From an uncultured virus (IMG/VR IMGVR_UViG_3300042542_003718) (lineage: Duplodnaviria > Heunggongvirae > Uroviricota > Caudoviricetes > Herelleviridae): 20,000 bases of DNA. Position numbers and translations under genes: made by a program. The stretch lies in the IMG/VR virus record IMGVR_UViG_3300042542_003718; one strand, given 5' to 3'. Under the pieces are notes generated by a model. The model was given only the letters and a program-made list of their open reading frames with translations. It searched no databases and had not been told where the DNA came from. Below, in pieces: positions 17,168-20,000 of this stretch (within the stretch, counting starts at the first letter, position 1; each line of letters starts with the position of its first letter).

Positions 17168-18155
17168 CAACGTTTATCATGGCGATTGTCTTGATTTGTT
17201 GCCAAGTATTCCAGATAAATCCGTAGATATGATCTTATGCGATTTGCCTTATGGAACTACAGCTTGTGAATGGGATTCAATTATCCCTTTAGATAGGCTA
17301 TGGGCACAGTATGAACGAGTAATCAAGGATAATGGGAACATTGTTTTAACCGCTCAAGGTATGTTTTGTGCGGAGTTAATGTGTTATAAGAAAACATGGT
17401 TCAATCATGATTACGTATGGATAAAGAACCAACATTCAAACTTCGCTTTAGTAGGTATCCAGCCACTACGTATCTTTGAAAATGTACTTGTATTCAGACC
17501 ACCTAGAAAAGAAGATTTAAATATTCAATTCAATTTAGAGCTTCGTACTTATTCTCATAAGATATTATCTTTTATCAATATGCCAAGTAAAAAGATTTGT
17601 GAGAAATTGGGCAATAGGAAAGCAGAACACTTCTTTTACTATAACAGCTCACAATTTGGATTGTGTACAAAAGAAACATATCAAGAGTTGATCGAGCATT
17701 TCAAGATTGACCAGATGCAGGGCTTTTTGAATTATGAAACTTTGCAATCTATGAATCCCCCTTTCACTTTTAACTTTGATGATCGTATTAAAAGTACAAA
17801 GCAAAAAATAAAAGCTAATTTTGACATAAGAATGTACGGTGATACTAATAAAAAAGAAACAAGATATGTAGAAAAAGCATACGAAAATTATCCAAGAAAT
17901 ACATTATATTTTGATCGAGAAATAGGATTACACCCAACACAGAAACCGGTAGCATTGTTTGAATATTTAATAAGAACCTACAGCAATGAAAATGAAGTAA
18001 TCCTAGATAATTGTTCAGGAAGCGGGACAACAGCGATAGCGTGTTTAAATAGTAATAGGCAATATATTTGCATAGAAAAAGATGAAGCATACTACAAGAG
18101 ATCACTTGAGAGAATAGCGAACCACGAACCACTTTTACATTTACTCAAAGAATAA
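17157..18155 (+). CDS. DNA amino-methyltransferase (beta class), paralog 3, long form with central insertion
   Basis: DLPY, HPTQKP, ILDNCSGSGTT; start set at ATG 17157 by homology to the MKTN starts of paralogs 1 and 2. Confidence 0.93.
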   Translation: MKTNNVYHGDCLDLLPSIPDKSVDMILCDLPYGTTACEWDSIIPLDRLWAQYERVIKDNGNIVLTAQGMFCAELMCYKKTWFNHDYVWIKNQHSNFALVGIQPLRIFENVLVFRPPRKEDLNIQFNLELRTYSHKILSFINMPSKKICEKLGNRKAEHFFYYNSSQFGLCTKETYQELIEHFKIDQMQGFLNYETLQSMNPPFTFNFDDRIKSTKQKIKANFDIRMYGDTNKKETRYVEKAYENYPRNTLYFDREIGLHPTQKPVALFEYLIRTYSNENEVILDNCSGSGTTAIACLNSNRQYICIEKDEAYYKRSLERIANHEPLLHLLKE

Positions 18156-18200
18156 CTTTTTAAATTTGCCAGTGTGCTTTAAACAAGATACATTGCTACT

Positions 18201-18270
18201 TGATACATGCCCCCTTTTTGTGAGAGTTGAACGAGACCCATTGAATGCGTAGCACCTTTGGCATGTATCA
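18201..18270. other. Perfect 11-bp inverted repeat enclosing 48 nt (possible structured RNA or operator)
   Basis: TGATACATGCC (18201-18211) and GGCATGTATCA (18260-18270). Confidence 0.7.
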
Positions 18271-18276
18271 CCAAGT

Positions 18277-18342
18277 GACAAGGCCCGTTTTTAGTTTTGC
18301 TTTTTGTTTTTGACGGGCCTGTCTTTGTCTTTATCTTTGTTT
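18277..18342 (+). terminator. Putative intrinsic terminator of the MTase operon
   Basis: GC-rich stem AGGCCCGT (18281-18288) / ACGGGCCT (18313-18320), extendable by GAC/GTC, followed by T-rich TTTGTCTTTATCTTTGTTT; loop unusually long (24 nt). Confidence 0.5.
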
Positions 18343-18396
18343 ATCGAATTAAAATAGTTTATTTTGTATACTAGAAACAAAGATAAAGGAGACTAT

Positions 18397-19968
18397 ATGA
18401 AATCAACAACGATTCATCAATTAGCAGAGTTGGCGGATATATCAGAAGAACTACTACAAAAAGCGCTTAGGACAGCGGAGGCGGGGGGCAAAATTGAACC
18501 TTCCGCATACGATCTTGATCCATCGAATTACGCAGCGTATACCAGTTCGGACAGTTATCGAGGTTCAGAGCATGAAGGGACGAGTCAACTTGATTATGAC
18601 ATCTTGACCTATATGTCCCGCGTCCCTGTGATCTCTTCAATCATTCAAACTAGAATAAATCAGATTGCCGAGTTTTGCATACCACAAGAAGACCAGTTTA
18701 AAGCGGGGTACGTGATACGCCTAAGAGACAGGACAAAAGAACCTACAGACGAAGAACAAAGAGAGATGCAGACTCTTTCGCAATGGTTAGAAACATGTGG
18801 CGAAGGTTCAAAGTTCGGGGGCGCATGGGATTTTGAAAGCTTTGTGAGAATGATCATTAGAGACTCTTTGATCTATGATCAAGCATGCTTTGAAATTATC
18901 AAAAATAGGGGCGGGGCGCTCATTGGTTTTATCCCTGTTGATGCAAGTACAATTAGGCGCGCCAGTATCACAGAAGAAGAGAAAAAAGAAGGAAGAAGAG
19001 ATTGGATTGATAGCGCATATATTCAAGTGATCAATGGTAAAAGGGTGGCCACGTTTGACAATGACAAACTAGCATTCTGTATTCGTAGACCACGCACAAA
19101 CATAGCATCAAGGGGCTATGGATTCCCAGAACTTGAGGAACTTGTGAAAGTAGTTACGCATTTAGTCAACGCCGAAACCTATAACGCTTCAAACTTTACA
19201 AATGGTATACATGCAAACTCAATCTTAGCGATCAAGAGTAAAATGAACCCTCAATTATTTAGAGCGTTTAAGCGTGAGTTCTACGCCAATCTATCAGGGC
19301 CCGCACAGGCCAAGAGAACGCCTATTATCCAGCTTGATCCCGAAAGTCAAGAAGAGATTGAAAGCGTGAACTTAGGGGCAACAGCCGAAGAGATGGGGTA
19401 CAAAGATTGGCTAGGTTATTTAACAAAAGTAGCCTGTTCAGTGTATCAAATTGACCCCGCCGAATTAGGTTTTGTCTTTGGTACTGAAGGGCAAACAGGG
19501 GCACTGACACAGCAGGGACCAGGCGCACGAATACAGGCATCAAAAGATAAGGGCCTCTACCCCCTTTTACGAAGTGTACAGAATTGGATAAATAGGCATA
19601 TAATACACCAAGTAAATGATAAATATGAACTTCGTTTCATGGGGCTTGATGCAGACACAGAAAAAGAAGCTTTGACATCAGATATTCAAAGAGTTTCGAA
19701 TTACATGACTATCAACGAAATACGGGCGAAACATGGACTTGATAAGATTGACGGGGGCGATGTAGTCTTGAATCAGGCATACATAACAGCTTTGGGCATG
19801 AGTCAACAACAAGCACAAGAACAAGGCCAAGGGAATGATGACTATGAGCAAGAAGAAGGGCAAGAAGAAGGCACTGAAGCACAGGACGAACAAGAACCCC
19901 ATCAAGAAGAGGACGCGGGCGAGGAAGTAACAAAATCACTTACAAAAAGATTTACAATAGATATTTAG
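18397..19968 (+). CDS. Phage portal protein (Herelleviridae-like), acidic Q/E-rich tail
   Basis: IIQTRINQ, RDSLIYDQACFE, PVDASTIR, GYGFPELE, IDPAELGF, SKDKGLYPLL..INRHII, YMTINEIRAKHGL..IDGGD; AAAGGAG SD before ATG 18397. Confidence 0.93.
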   Translation: MKSTTIHQLAELADISEELLQKALRTAEAGGKIEPSAYDLDPSNYAAYTSSDSYRGSEHEGTSQLDYDILTYMSRVPVISSIIQTRINQIAEFCIPQEDQFKAGYVIRLRDRTKEPTDEEQREMQTLSQWLETCGEGSKFGGAWDFESFVRMIIRDSLIYDQACFEIIKNRGGALIGFIPVDASTIRRASITEEEKKEGRRDWIDSAYIQVINGKRVATFDNDKLAFCIRRPRTNIASRGYGFPELEELVKVVTHLVNAETYNASNFTNGIHANSILAIKSKMNPQLFRAFKREFYANLSGPAQAKRTPIIQLDPESQEEIESVNLGATAEEMGYKDWLGYLTKVACSVYQIDPAELGFVFGTEGQTGALTQQGPGARIQASKDKGLYPLLRSVQNWINRHIIHQVNDKYELRFMGLDADTEKEALTSDIQRVSNYMTINEIRAKHGLDKIDGGDVVLNQAYITALGMSQQQAQEQGQGNDDYEQEEGQEEGTEAQDEQEPHQEEDAGEEVTKSLTKRFTIDI

Positions 19969-20000
19969 TTTCTTATACAATGATCCTTGAACACAGTAAA

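Noticed and set aside
15680..18155. Diversity-generating retroelement or invertase shufflon explanation of MTase repeats
   Set aside because: No reverse transcriptase or invertase in the window, copies are direct rather than inverted, and differences are not adenine-specific
19798..19930. Q/E-rich low-complexity repeats at the portal C-terminus
   Set aside because: Acidic disordered tails are common on portal proteins; no regular tandem unit
339..19985. TAnnAT-GATC (-10-like box followed by GATC) at 339-348 (minus), 2108-2117, 4882-4891 and 19976-19985
   Set aside because: One copy lies at a convergent gene end and one inside a CDS start; GATC is generally abundant, so methylation-controlled promoters cannot be supported

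Overview
A 20-kb, AT-rich, densely coding fragment of a large tailed dsDNA phage (Caudoviricetes), standard genetic code. The portal resembles Herelleviridae/SPO1-Twort-type portals from recall. Packaging genes are scattered: large terminase (minus strand, left end), a possible small terminase (middle) and portal (plus strand, right end). Between them are replication and nucleotide-metabolism genes (DnaN-like sliding clamp, class II ribonucleotide reductase, ThyX, dCMP deaminase, RecU-like resolvase), a lytic transglycosylase and four orphan amino-methyltransferases. Three of these are beta-class DLPY paralogs whose DNA is a patchwork of identical blocks around variable segments. The most striking non-coding elements are (1) a ~290-bp array of ATCTTAA repeats with a nested 220-bp imperfect palindrome and symmetric IHF-like sites (candidate replication origin or packaging site), (2) a two-hairpin element upstream of the portal gene and (3) a duplicated TTGACA-containing motif at the strand switch. 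No tRNA, rRNA, CRISPR array, transposase or integrase was recognised. All family assignments come from motif recognition by eye, not database searches.
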